Below are positions 1 through 9,088 of a stretch of DNA of 64,000 nt, one piece after another. The translations under genes were made by a program, and so were the position numbers. The notes below the pieces were generated by a model. That model was not told where the DNA came from, searched no databases, and worked only from the letters and a program-made list of their open reading frames with translations. Origin of the DNA: Patescibacteria group bacterium (GTDB lineage: Bacteria; Patescibacteriota; Microgenomatia; UBA1406; HO2-37-13b); contig DATDXN010000026.1 of the NCBI GenBank assembly GCA_035289305.1, positions 8,731-72,730 on the forward strand, in the 5' to 3' direction. How positions within the stretch are numbered: the stretch's first letter is position 1; the number at the start of each line of letters is the position of its first letter.

Positions 1-1
1 A

Positions 2-151
2 AAAGAAGGAGACATGTGGAAAGCAGACTATAATGAAGAGGAAATCAAAGATATTGCCGGCTTTTATACACCCGTTCCCGGAGGTGTAGGACCCCTTGAT
101 ATAGCCTATCTCATGTATAACTTATATGAGGCACAAAAAATGCAGTTTTAG
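2..151 (+). CDS. folD: 3' end of bifunctional methylenetetrahydrofolate dehydrogenase/cyclohydrolase (FolD); 5' part lies outside the window
   Basis: My own translation of frame 2 gives KEGDMWKADYNEEEIKDIAGFYTPVPGGVGPLDIAYLMYNLYEAQKMQF*. The TPVPGGVGP(M/L) block is the conserved FolD C-terminal motif. It is too short to appear in the ORF track. Confidence 0.7.
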   Translation, partial: KEGDMWKADYNEEEIKDIAGFYTPVPGGVGPLDIAYLMYNLYEAQKMQF

Positions 152-156
152 TTCTC

Positions 157-912
157 TCACTTTTTTTTCACAACAAGAAACAACGAAGTGCCAAAAGGAA
201 AATCAAGGTATCGAAAAAGTGCGTCTTCAAGACATTGCAGAAGGTACAAAAATCCATTAACCAAAACAGGAGGCAGTGTCAGATCACCTTTGGGCTTTTT
301 TTTAGCTCTTTCCGTCACTTTTCTCATCAGCTTGATGAAAACAACCGGCAGAAAAAGAAAGAAAATGCGATAGGATGATTTTATCTTGTGCCATTTGTTT
401 TTGGGAAAATATTCTTCAAGTTCGCGCCTGGTAAAACGCTTTACCCAACGACTTACTTCATCGTGAGAAGACCGTAAAAATTCAAATGCCGAGGCCTGAA
501 CAATCAGATATCCTCCCTTTTTCAAAACGCGATACGCCTCAAGAATTGTTTTTTCTCTATCGCGATGATGGAAAATGCCCAAAACATCACTCAAAAGAAC
601 AATATCAAATAATCCATCAGCAAAAGGAGTCGTACGCACATCATCAACCGTCACATCTGAAAGGCCGCGCTTTTTACAGAAGGAAACCGCCTCTGCCGAA
701 AGATCAAACCCAGAGACAGCATATCCCTTGCTTTTCAAAAATTCCATGGTTTTCCCCGTACCACAACCAACATCGAGAATTTTGGGAGGAGAAATAGGTA
801 GCCGTTTAATAGCAGAAAAAATAACGTTTCGCAGGCTCTTGTACCACCATAATATATCTTCAACCTCATACATTACTTTATACTGGTCTTTTTGCATGAG
901 CGTCTTTTTCAT
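157..912 (-). CDS. class I SAM-dependent methyltransferase
   Basis: 251-aa ORF with SAM-binding motif I ILDVGCGTGKTMEFL followed by the acidic loop FDLS. Substrate unknown. Confidence 0.8.
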   Translation of the reverse strand: MKKTLMQKDQYKVMYEVEDILWWYKSLRNVIFSAIKRLPISPPKILDVGCGTGKTMEFLKSKGYAVSGFDLSAEAVSFCKKRGLSDVTVDDVRTTPFADGLFDIVLLSDVLGIFHHRDREKTILEAYRVLKKGGYLIVQASAFEFLRSSHDEVSRWVKRFTRRELEEYFPKNKWHKIKSSYRIFFLFLPVVFIKLMRKVTERAKKKPKGDLTLPPVLVNGFLYLLQCLEDALFRYLDFPFGTSLFLVVKKK

Positions 913-921
913 ATCGAGGTA

Positions 922-2679
922 TCAAGGTTTAAATAACTTGAAAAAAACTTCCTTGGGAATTTCGACTCGGCCGATGTTTTTGAGCATTTTTTTACCTTTT
1001 TTTTGTTTTTCAAGCAACTTATCCTTACGTGTGCGATCACCGCCATATAGTTTACCCGTCACATCTTTGCGAAAAGGCGCAATGCGTTCGGAAGCGATAA
1101 TTTTCCCTTTATATTGAGCCTGAATCTTCACCTCATATTGCTGGCGAGGGATAAGATCACGAAGCTTTTGTGTGAACTCTCGTGCACGCTCGAAAGATCG
1201 CTCCGCCACCACAAATTCAGAAAATTCACTGACGGGATCACCATTGAGAAGAATAGTCAGAAGATCTGCATCAACCGGCCGATATTCTACAAATTTCCAA
1301 TCTATCGATGCATATCCTGATGTAATAGTTTTTAATCGGTCGTAAAAATAAGTAATAAGTTCAGCAAGAGGCATTTGGTAAACCAAATACGTATGTATTT
1401 TATTGTCCATCGTCAAAAAAACTCCTCGCGACTCCTCACAAAATCTCATGACACGGCCGGTAAATTCTTGTGGGGTAACGATGGTCACCTCAACAATCGG
1501 CTCTGCAAAGCTTTTGTGTTGACCTCTATTTGCGCCCTCTGTGTTTTCTTTATATTCAACTGATGGAGGAGTCAAGATAAGGCTCACGTGAAATTCACGC
1601 TCCAACCGTTCGCGCACCACATCAGCATGCAGCAATCCGAGAAAACCTGCACGCAAACCAGAACCCAAAGAAGCACTGTAAATAGGCTCAAAATCAACTG
1701 AAGCGTCACTCAAAACTAGTTTCTCCATTGATTCTTTTAATCGCACATATTCGTTTGGATCTGTGGGAAAAATTGAAGCGTACACCATTGGCTTCACTTT
1801 GCGATATCCAGAAAGAGGAGGGGAGGGATTTTTGTATTCCGTGATCGTGTCGCCAACTCGCACCAAATGAATATCTTTGAGATTGGTGACGATATATCCT
1901 ATCTCTCCCTGACCTAACTTTTCCCAGCGCGAAATGTCAGGTGTGAAAATACCCACCTCCTTTATCTCAAAATCCGTGTTTGTTGCGTATAATTTCACGC
2001 GTTTTCCCGGGGTTACTTCGCCGCCAAATATCCTGACAAAAGCAATAACCCCTTGATATGAATCAAAGTAAGAATCAAAAATCAACGCCTGTATTGACAA
2101 TCCTGGATCGGTTTTCTTTTGCTGATCTTGGATTTTCACCCCATGAGGAGCTGGTATTTTTTCAATTACAGCCTCGAGTAGTTTTTTTACTCCGTGACCC
2201 GTTTTTGCCGAGGTTTCAAAAATCGTTTCTGTCTCAACTTCCAAAAATTGCGCCAACTCTTTTTTTATCTCTTCAATATGCGCTCCCAGCACATCGATTT
2301 TGTTGATGACCGGAATGATCTTCAGATTTAGCTCAATAGCTTTGCGCGCATGCGCGATAGTCTGTGCCTGGATACCTTGAGTCACGTCAACGAGAAGTAT
2401 GACTCCTTCCACGCATGCAAGCGTGCGCTCCACTTCATAGGAAAAGTCAACATGTCCCGGCGTATCAATCAAATTGAGAACATATCCCTTATACTCCATT
2501 CTCACGGGAGCAAGTTTGATTGTGATACCGCGCTCCCGAGAAATTGGATTTCTGTCCAAATACTGCTCGTTATGTTTGCCCTGTATAACAACGCCGGTTA
2601 ACTCCAGAAACCTGTCAGCCAGCGTAGACTTCCCATGATCCACATGAGCAATGATGGCAAAATTGCGGATATTGCGCAT
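922..2679 (-). CDS. lepA: translation elongation factor 4 (LepA)
   Basis: 585 aa. The N-terminus MRNIRNFAIIAHVDHGKSTLADRFLE carries G1; DTPGHVDF (G3) and NKID (G4) are present, and the LepA-type C-terminal domain ends GKKMLKNIGRVEIPKEVF. Confidence 0.95.
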   Translation of the reverse strand: MRNIRNFAIIAHVDHGKSTLADRFLELTGVVIQGKHNEQYLDRNPISRERGITIKLAPVRMEYKGYVLNLIDTPGHVDFSYEVERTLACVEGVILLVDVTQGIQAQTIAHARKAIELNLKIIPVINKIDVLGAHIEEIKKELAQFLEVETETIFETSAKTGHGVKKLLEAVIEKIPAPHGVKIQDQQKKTDPGLSIQALIFDSYFDSYQGVIAFVRIFGGEVTPGKRVKLYATNTDFEIKEVGIFTPDISRWEKLGQGEIGYIVTNLKDIHLVRVGDTITEYKNPSPPLSGYRKVKPMVYASIFPTDPNEYVRLKESMEKLVLSDASVDFEPIYSASLGSGLRAGFLGLLHADVVRERLEREFHVSLILTPPSVEYKENTEGANRGQHKSFAEPIVEVTIVTPQEFTGRVMRFCEESRGVFLTMDNKIHTYLVYQMPLAELITYFYDRLKTITSGYASIDWKFVEYRPVDADLLTILLNGDPVSEFSEFVVAERSFERAREFTQKLRDLIPRQQYEVKIQAQYKGKIIASERIAPFRKDVTGKLYGGDRTRKDKLLEKQKKGKKMLKNIGRVEIPKEVFFKLFKP

Positions 2680-2693
2680 AAGATATTTTCAAT

Positions 2694-3557
2694 CTAACTA
2701 TCAGGATAATCTTTAAAATTAATCAGCTTGCTTTTGATAATTGCCGCAAAATTCTCTGTAAAATTTTGCACAACGTCAGTTGATTCTATAAACGGCAGGA
2801 GGTCCGTATAAACACTCTTTTTATCAAGCATTTCTGTTTTCTTTTTTACCGCCTGCACTACCTCGTTTTTGGTCTGCAGGTCAAGCATTTTAAATATGCG
2901 CTCCCAGTAAGGTTGAAGTGAAAAACTTTGTTTTGCTGACTGTTCGATAAACCAAACTAAATCAAACACATCCCGTCCCTTAAAAGGGATTGATTGCGCG
3001 CTTCCCTTGAAAAATTCGCGAGACAAAAAAGCGATGATTTTATTGGCAAAAAGCGTCGGCAGATTATATGAAAGAGCATAAAAAGTAAACTCACCGGTAG
3101 AAATAGAGTTTACCTCCGTCTTAAAAATACCCGTAGTCTCTTTTGAAAAATCGCATCGTACAAAAAGCATTGATGCGTCTGATGCATTTTTTACCAACCC
3201 TATTTTTTCAAGAATAGGGAATTTAAAAAAAATCGTATTGTTATTGCCACTGATTTTTACTTTAATATCCAAGTACTGTAATTTTTCAGCGAAATACGTC
3301 TTTGTCTTTTGAGCAAATAATTGGATATCCAATTCACCTAAAAAATCAAAATCTAAATCTTCGGAAAGACGCGGCAGTCCATATATCTTACGAAGGCAGG
3401 TACCTCCGGTAAAAAACAGTTTTTTGTAGATCTGATCGTTATACATAAAATTCAATATATAATTCTGAAGAGCTTCTTTAAGTAAAGTACGTATAAAGAA
3501 ACTATTGGTAGTGTTTTTATTTTTCTCAACAATACTGGTAAGCGCCTGTGTTATCAT
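2694..3557 (-). CDS. abiEii: nucleotidyltransferase toxin, AbiEii/AbiGii family (type IV TA toxin)
   Basis: 287 aa with the family-typical block FTGGTCLRKIYGLPRLSEDLDFDF. Its ATG overlaps the upstream gene's stop (ATGA at 3554-3557). Confidence 0.7.
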   Translation of the reverse strand: MITQALTSIVEKNKNTTNSFFIRTLLKEALQNYILNFMYNDQIYKKLFFTGGTCLRKIYGLPRLSEDLDFDFLGELDIQLFAQKTKTYFAEKLQYLDIKVKISGNNNTIFFKFPILEKIGLVKNASDASMLFVRCDFSKETTGIFKTEVNSISTGEFTFYALSYNLPTLFANKIIAFLSREFFKGSAQSIPFKGRDVFDLVWFIEQSAKQSFSLQPYWERIFKMLDLQTKNEVVQAVKKKTEMLDKKSVYTDLLPFIESTDVVQNFTENFAAIIKSKLINFKDYPDS

Positions 3558-4207
3558 AGAAGGTGTTCTTTTTTGAGCTGTTCGGTTATCAATTGCATTT
3601 TTTTTGATGATGCGCTAGCAACCGCCCGCATAAAATCAATTGTGTCTTTTTCTTCAAAAATATCCCAATTAATTCTTCCCTCTTCTAATAAATATCTTTT
3701 CATAATTCCCGTTGTCTTAAAGTTTTTAAGATACAAAAAATCAAAAAGCGCTTTGCCTTTTGAAGCAACTCTTATTGTTTTATCCTTAAACGACTGATTT
3801 TCGTATCCAAAAAAAAGTTCTTCTTTTATGCTACGGTAGATAAATGAGGAAAACGCTGAAGAAAATACGCGTGAAGATTTGGTGGTGATTGAGGTTACTG
3901 CAAAGGATGCTTCGGGAATAATATTGTATCGCGAGAGAATAAATTCGAGCGAAACATATGAGGGAGAACGCAAAACATTAGCCAAATACATAAGATAAAG
4001 TTCTTTATCGGAAGGATTTTGAGAAATCATATCTTGATAGTACGATGAGATATACATGCCCTTTTTAAGAGTTATGAGCATTTTTTGAGCGCGAAGTTTT
4101 TTGATCCAATAATTCAAGTCTTCGCCGTCTTTCTGCAAAGCCAGCCCGATGTTTTGCTTGGTAAAATAGGGCGCACCTTTAAGCACTTCAAGCACTCGTT
4201 TTTCCAT
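3554..4207 (-). CDS. abiEi: AbiEi-like antitoxin / transcriptional regulator (type IV TA antitoxin)
   Basis: Sits directly upstream of and translationally coupled to the AbiEii-like gene. The N-terminus MEKRVLEVLKGAPYFTKQNIGLAL...LITLKKGMY resembles the wHTH-type AbiEi N-domain. I prefer the ATG at 4207 over the TTG at 4240 because a promoter -10 box overlaps 4240. Confidence 0.6.
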   Translation of the reverse strand: MEKRVLEVLKGAPYFTKQNIGLALQKDGEDLNYWIKKLRAQKMLITLKKGMYISSYYQDMISQNPSDKELYLMYLANVLRSPSYVSLEFILSRYNIIPEASFAVTSITTKSSRVFSSAFSSFIYRSIKEELFFGYENQSFKDKTIRVASKGKALFDFLYLKNFKTTGIMKRYLLEEGRINWDIFEEKDTIDFMRAVASASSKKMQLITEQLKKEHLL

Positions 4208-4239
4208 ATTTATTCCAGAATTAGTAAAATTTACTACCA

Positions 4240-4268
4240 ATTGTAGAATAAAATATCACTTTTGTCAA
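4240..4268 (-). promoter_or_regulatory. sigma70-like promoter candidate for the abiEi-abiEii operon
   Basis: The minus strand reads TTGACA (4268-4263), a 17-nt spacer, then TACAAT (4245-4240), about 33 nt upstream of the ATG at 4207. AT-rich genomes produce such hexamers by chance, hence the moderate confidence. Confidence 0.4.
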
Positions 4269-4323
4269 CACCTTGTTACTCTGACCCACCTGCACTTGTT
4301 ACCGAAATCTTGAATTTTTTGTA

Positions 4324-6054
4324 TTAAATTCTCTGATAAATTCTAATTACCGGGTGGTCAAAGACTGTCCAGGTTTCCTCGGAACTTTCATCGGGAAATT
4401 CCAAAAGTGTTTTCCCAAAAAGCTCTATGCGAGGATGGGAAGTAAACTCTGCTACTTTTTGAAATCCAGAAACACCTGAAAAAAGGTTGTTATAATAGTT
4501 GGTAAGCAGAGGATATTTTTCCGCAGGGTGATTTTTGAAAATTCTTCTGGAGGGAATAAAAATATAATCTGCTCTCTTTATATGATTGTCTAATTGTCCT
4601 TGAAGAAGAGGATTTTCATCAAGATCATAGAAATTAAAACCGATCAATTGATAATTGTTTGTTGTTAATTGTTGGTTGCTTGTGGCGAAAGGAATGTCCA
4701 CGACGTTTGCGGTTTCAAAGAGAATATACGCATTTTCTGGAATATGCTGATATATCCACTTGGATGCAGTAAATCTGACATCAGGCGTGCGATAAATTGT
4801 AAGATACGCAATACCGGGGGCGATAAAGGCAAAAATCAAAACGCACAATGTAAAATTTAAAATTAAAAATTTTAAATTATTTAAAAATTTGTGCTTAAAA
4901 ATTGAAAATTGATACATATATGTATGTATCCGCAGTAAAAATAAAATTGAAAATACCGACATAATAGGAAATATTGGCGCCATAAATCGTGTCCATTTCG
5001 CGTAAAGAAGCGCTGAAGGAATAAAATATATAAGGAAAGCAAACCGAAGCAAATTGACTTCTTTTTTTCTCCATGGAAGCAGGAAAAATCCACATAGGGC
5101 CACTACATACTGCGGCCAACCCAATACATAGGGGAAAATTCGCGTTACCTGAAACCAGACTGGCATTATCCCTTCAAATTGCCGTGTATAGAAAACTTTG
5201 AGACTTCCTGTTGCTACCGAAGACTCATACTGCATACTGCCAACAAAATCCCTGAAAGAAATAAGATTGTGGGGAGAAAAAATAATTGAGAACAGAACCA
5301 TAAGAAGCAGAAAGAAAATCACCTGACGCGTCACATACAATACACCATGCAGGAAAGATGTGCTTTGACGAGCTTGAGTATAATGCACACCTATACTCAC
5401 CAACGGCGCAAAAACAAAAAGAAGTGAAGAAACTTTAGTCGCAACGACCAAACCGGAAAAAAGGGAGAGGAGAAAAACTGTTTTTGACTTTAATTGATCC
5501 CGATTGGATCGGGATTGATCAATTAATTGAAGCGATTGATAGATAATCAGTGAGTAAAAAAGCATGAGAAGCGATTCTGTCGTACCAAAGTGTGAAAACT
5601 GAATGAAATAGGGTTGAAAAATGAAAAATAAAAAAACAAGAATCGAAAATTTATTGGTTATTGATGATTGTTTATTGGTAACTGACTTTATTATGTGCAT
5701 GAGCACAAATACTGTGATTATTGAAGCTGCCGCAGAAATAATTCTCAAACTCATGATCGCCTCAAAAAAATTGATCGGAAATCCTGTTTTTCCCGCAATG
5801 AGATGATATAGTTGAATCAACCCATATCCCAGATACAACGGAAACTGTCCATAAGCAAAAAAATGAGGATTAAAGCAATCTTTAATTGATAGTTGATAAT
5901 TGGCAACTGACAAGTTCCTGCATGTTAATTGTTGAATTGCATTTGCCATATTGCGCTCATCAGGATGCATGGGGTAGGGGAGACCCCAATCTAGACCGAT
6001 GAAACGCGTATATACAAGAAGAAGTAAAAGTACAAAAACAATAGCTTTTTTCAT
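4324..6054 (-). CDS. GT-C fold polytopic membrane glycosyltransferase, GT39/ArnT/PMT_2-like
   Basis: 576 aa with many hydrophobic segments. The N-terminal TM helix is followed by the loop RFIGLDWGLPYPMHPDERNMANA (acidic DE in the first external loop), and a soluble C-terminal tail follows. Substrate unknown. Confidence 0.6.
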   Translation of the reverse strand: MKKAIVFVLLLLLVYTRFIGLDWGLPYPMHPDERNMANAIQQLTCRNLSVANYQLSIKDCFNPHFFAYGQFPLYLGYGLIQLYHLIAGKTGFPINFFEAIMSLRIISAAASIITVFVLMHIIKSVTNKQSSITNKFSILVFLFFIFQPYFIQFSHFGTTESLLMLFYSLIIYQSLQLIDQSRSNRDQLKSKTVFLLSLFSGLVVATKVSSLLFVFAPLVSIGVHYTQARQSTSFLHGVLYVTRQVIFFLLLMVLFSIIFSPHNLISFRDFVGSMQYESSVATGSLKVFYTRQFEGIMPVWFQVTRIFPYVLGWPQYVVALCGFFLLPWRKKEVNLLRFAFLIYFIPSALLYAKWTRFMAPIFPIMSVFSILFLLRIHTYMYQFSIFKHKFLNNLKFLILNFTLCVLIFAFIAPGIAYLTIYRTPDVRFTASKWIYQHIPENAYILFETANVVDIPFATSNQQLTTNNYQLIGFNFYDLDENPLLQGQLDNHIKRADYIFIPSRRIFKNHPAEKYPLLTNYYNNLFSGVSGFQKVAEFTSHPRIELFGKTLLEFPDESSEETWTVFDHPVIRIYQRI

Positions 6055-6096
6055 TCTTTACATTATACGGAACACTACAGTGAAATATTTATCTTG

Positions 6097-6125
6097 TTGA
6101 CTATAGGATTTAAATATGATATACT
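6097..6125 (+). promoter_or_regulatory. sigma70-like promoter candidate; would give a leaderless or near-leaderless mRNA for the 819-aa ORF
   Basis: TTGACT (6097-6102), 17 nt, TATACT (6120-6125). Only 6 nt separate the -10 box from the ATG at 6132. Confidence 0.3.
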
Positions 6126-6131
6126 TAATAT

Positions 6132-8591
6132 ATGTCAGAACGTTTAACCCACGGTCAAAACCATGAAGAACAAACTCACGTAGAACAACTCATGAGGGAA
6201 TTTGCTGAAACGCCACTTAAGTTAGAGGGCGTTTCGCCATGGAAACCGAAATGGCAGCAGTTGGTGAAAGCCCGACTTTTAGGACAACATCCTTCCAAAT
6301 ATTTACACGCATTGACAATTGCAGCGCACGGCCTCTCAAAACAAGAAAATCATAAACAGAGAATAGACCACGAAAAAGAAGTTTTCTTAAAGGTGCTTCT
6401 CTTGTATGAGTTTGAACACAGAGATGATATACCGGCAAAAGCAAAAAGCTACAACAAAACCGTTTTCACTCGTCTTTTGCTCACACATCAAACAGACGAT
6501 AACCAATTTGGAAAAACAGCGAAGCAATGCATTGATCAACTCTCGCTCAAAGAATTATCAGATCCGATGTTTCATCCTCCCAAAGGCATACCCTATACAA
6601 CAGAAGACCGAATTGCAGTGAGCGAAATTGCGATCACGCGCTTGAAAAAAGAACCGGAGGAGGCAATAGTTATTTTGCAAAAAATAACAGCGAGTTTTGT
6701 TCATAAGTTTAATAATAAGCTCGGTTTCAGTCCTCACCAAAATAGCGAACTTGAAAAATTAGGTTTTATACTTCTCTACCCGCCAGATTTGCAGCGCCAC
6801 ATCCTGCAACAACTTGCGGTGGAAAATCCTGATTTTCTCGGCTATTTCTTTAGTCTCTATGAGAAATATAGAAACAAAGACCCAAAAAGTGCGACAAATA
6901 TAGTAGAAAGACAAGCTTTAAACGGCATCAGCAAATCACCTATTTTGCAAGAAGCGTATCACACATATCAAGATGAATGTCAAAGACGAGAAATGGAAAA
7001 ACAGAAACAAGCAGAATTAGCGCAACAAGAAGAAGAGAAACAGAGAGAATTCACCAGACAATCCGAACGAGCACAAGTATATATTAAGATACTTCCCGGA
7101 ATAAAAGGCTATTCATTTCGCTTGCCGTTCGAAAGTCGTTTCCCAGAGTATTCTTTGGCTTTTTCTTCTATGACTTATTCCGATTCAGTGAAGAAACACG
7201 AAGACAGCGAGATGCTCTACGGACCAACTGACTCATTATGTTCTTTTGCTCAAGTTAATGAAGATATAACTTTGTTAGTTTCATCAGATAGCCTGATACC
7301 AGAAGAAATGAAACAAGAATTACAAACAATATTTGAAAAACATAGAGATAGACTTTTGCAAGAAAGTGAACAAGCATATCTTATAAACGCTCTTCCATTT
7401 GCTTGTGAAGCATTGAAGAGAGAAACAACCTATATTGAAAATAGCAGTTACGATGATATAAAATCTTTCAACACGCGATTTGAATCTCTCTATAGTACGA
7501 TCGGTCAACAGGTTCGATTACTTGACCAACAAAATACATCGTCACATGAACATGCAATACGAACAATTTTTCAGACACTTCAAGAAATCCAACCAATTAT
7601 CAATAACGCGTATCAAGCGGCACAACAAAGAGTTCTTAACGAGGTAGAAAAACAAAGAAAAACAGAAGAAGAGAAAAGAAAAAAAGAGTTACAAAGAGAG
7701 ATACGCAAAGAACAAAGACAAAAGAAAAAAGAAAGAGCAGAAAAAATAAAAACAACTAAAACAGAGTATCTTTTGGGAGAAATTGAGCATAAGATGGAGT
7801 ATCTCAAAAATTTATATGCGCTTCATACCGGCTTAAATCTCCACGATGTAGATGCGGAAGCGTTGGACGAGGATGGAACGACAATCGGGTCTGTATCGGT
7901 AACTGCGGGACGTGGTCAGGGTCTCAAACTCGGCCTCGAACAAAAACTGACCATACGGCAAAAACTTGAGTTTGCACATGATTATTTGCGACTTGAAATG
8001 GGAGAAGATATTGATGAAATTATGCGCAGATACGCAATGGTCGATTGGGTGACTTCCCATGAGGTTGCACATCTTGTTGACTGGGCATCTGATCATCCTA
8101 CTTCCGCATTATGGGAAGATACGCCTCTACAGAAATGCACGGATGAACTTGTTGCAACATTTGATCCTCGTATGCAATCTTTGGCAATGGAGATGATAAA
8201 ACTGTCTGCTCAAGAATCTTTCATTGACGGCATTGGATTTTACTGCGCCTCTACATACGGCACAAGTATTATCACGCATGATCACGACGAGCCTCAAAAG
8301 AAAGAAGACATTGTAACCGCGTTTGCAACGACTATGGAAATCGTGAGAGAGTTAGTAACCAAAGAGGCAAAAAATAAAGAAATAAAGTCACGATATCAAA
8401 TCATGCTTCTTCGATTTATTGCGGGAGCCTCTCGTATGGGTTCAGATACACAAACACGTGAATCGCTTGAAGCGCTTTTTATAAGATTAAATCAACAAAC
8501 TCTTCTTCTATCAGAAGATCAAAAACAATCTATCATCACCCTTTTTTCAGAGTCGTTTGAAAAGGGTCAACAATTTTTAGCTGCGCGTTAA
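6132..8591 (+). CDS. hypothetical 819-aa protein with K/E-rich coiled-coil segments and a single HExxH motif
   Basis: Long uninterrupted ORF with no signal peptide or TM segment seen. Charged heptad-like stretches occur at aa ~285-315 and ~503-545. HEVAH lies at aa 643-647 (nt 8058-8072). No family recognised. Confidence 0.6.
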   Translation: MSERLTHGQNHEEQTHVEQLMREFAETPLKLEGVSPWKPKWQQLVKARLLGQHPSKYLHALTIAAHGLSKQENHKQRIDHEKEVFLKVLLLYEFEHRDDIPAKAKSYNKTVFTRLLLTHQTDDNQFGKTAKQCIDQLSLKELSDPMFHPPKGIPYTTEDRIAVSEIAITRLKKEPEEAIVILQKITASFVHKFNNKLGFSPHQNSELEKLGFILLYPPDLQRHILQQLAVENPDFLGYFFSLYEKYRNKDPKSATNIVERQALNGISKSPILQEAYHTYQDECQRREMEKQKQAELAQQEEEKQREFTRQSERAQVYIKILPGIKGYSFRLPFESRFPEYSLAFSSMTYSDSVKKHEDSEMLYGPTDSLCSFAQVNEDITLLVSSDSLIPEEMKQELQTIFEKHRDRLLQESEQAYLINALPFACEALKRETTYIENSSYDDIKSFNTRFESLYSTIGQQVRLLDQQNTSSHEHAIRTIFQTLQEIQPIINNAYQAAQQRVLNEVEKQRKTEEEKRKKELQREIRKEQRQKKKERAEKIKTTKTEYLLGEIEHKMEYLKNLYALHTGLNLHDVDAEALDEDGTTIGSVSVTAGRGQGLKLGLEQKLTIRQKLEFAHDYLRLEMGEDIDEIMRRYAMVDWVTSHEVAHLVDWASDHPTSALWEDTPLQKCTDELVATFDPRMQSLAMEMIKLSAQESFIDGIGFYCASTYGTSIITHDHDEPQKKEDIVTAFATTMEIVRELVTKEAKNKEIKSRYQIMLLRFIAGASRMGSDTQTRESLEALFIRLNQQTLLLSEDQKQSIITLFSESFEKGQQFLAAR

Positions 8592-9022
8592 ACTTTGATC
8601 CTGAAGCGGCGGAGATATTTTTTACCCGACAGAAGTTCTATCGTTACCTCAAAACGCATATTGGTAATCCCCGTATGATATCGACAAACCCCTGCCGAAC
8701 ATGTACCAAAAAGGAGTTCCCGGGAAGTCGAGTTTGCAGCTGCAGGATCAACGCTGCCCATAGCTCCTTCATCTTTACCGTTGGTTTGGTAAATCAGCGC
8801 ATAGCTTACACTGCGCACCTTACCCAAATTTCTGAAATAGACCACCAAGGCTTTTCTATCCTTTCGAAGCCGAGGAGTAACGCCCACCAATGAAGAACCT
8901 GCTGATGTTTTTTTCGCCGACGCAGCGGCTTTTGCTTGAGGTAGTGTTTTTGCTACTACACCATACGGTAGAAGGAAAAAAATGGCTGCTAAAATAACAG
9001 TTGCAATGTATAGTTTCTTCAT
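8588..9022 (-). CDS. small exported protein (signal peptide), unknown function
   Basis: With the ATG at 9022 the N-terminus is MKKLYIATVILAAIFFLLPYGVVAKT, a classic signal peptide. The mature part contains GTCSAGVCRYH. The ORF-track start at 9085 is probably an upstream extension. Confidence 0.5.
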   Translation of the reverse strand: MKKLYIATVILAAIFFLLPYGVVAKTLPQAKAAASAKKTSAGSSLVGVTPRLRKDRKALVVYFRNLGKVRSVSYALIYQTNGKDEGAMGSVDPAAANSTSRELLFGTCSAGVCRYHTGITNMRFEVTIELLSGKKYLRRFRIKV

Positions 9023-9088
9023 GATAATGTATACATATAGAAATATCATAAAAAGTGAAAGAAAGCAAGTTCTTTTTGGAAGCATAGC

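Noticed and set aside
188-1117. Plus-strand ORFs of 61, 103 and 180 aa (188-373, 486-797, 575-1117) overlapping the methyltransferase and lepA genes
   Set aside because: They lie antisense to ORFs with strong family motifs and their translations are low-complexity with no recognisable motif. They are typical shadow ORFs.
4208-4240. TTG start for abiEi at 4240
   Set aside because: The candidate -10 hexamer occupies 4240-4245, so the ATG at 4207 is a more plausible start. This remains uncertain.
7620-7765. Purine-rich low-complexity tract that looks like a simple repeat
   Set aside because: It is in frame within the 819-aa ORF and encodes a K/E/R/Q-rich coiled-coil-like segment. There is no regular repeat unit at the DNA level.
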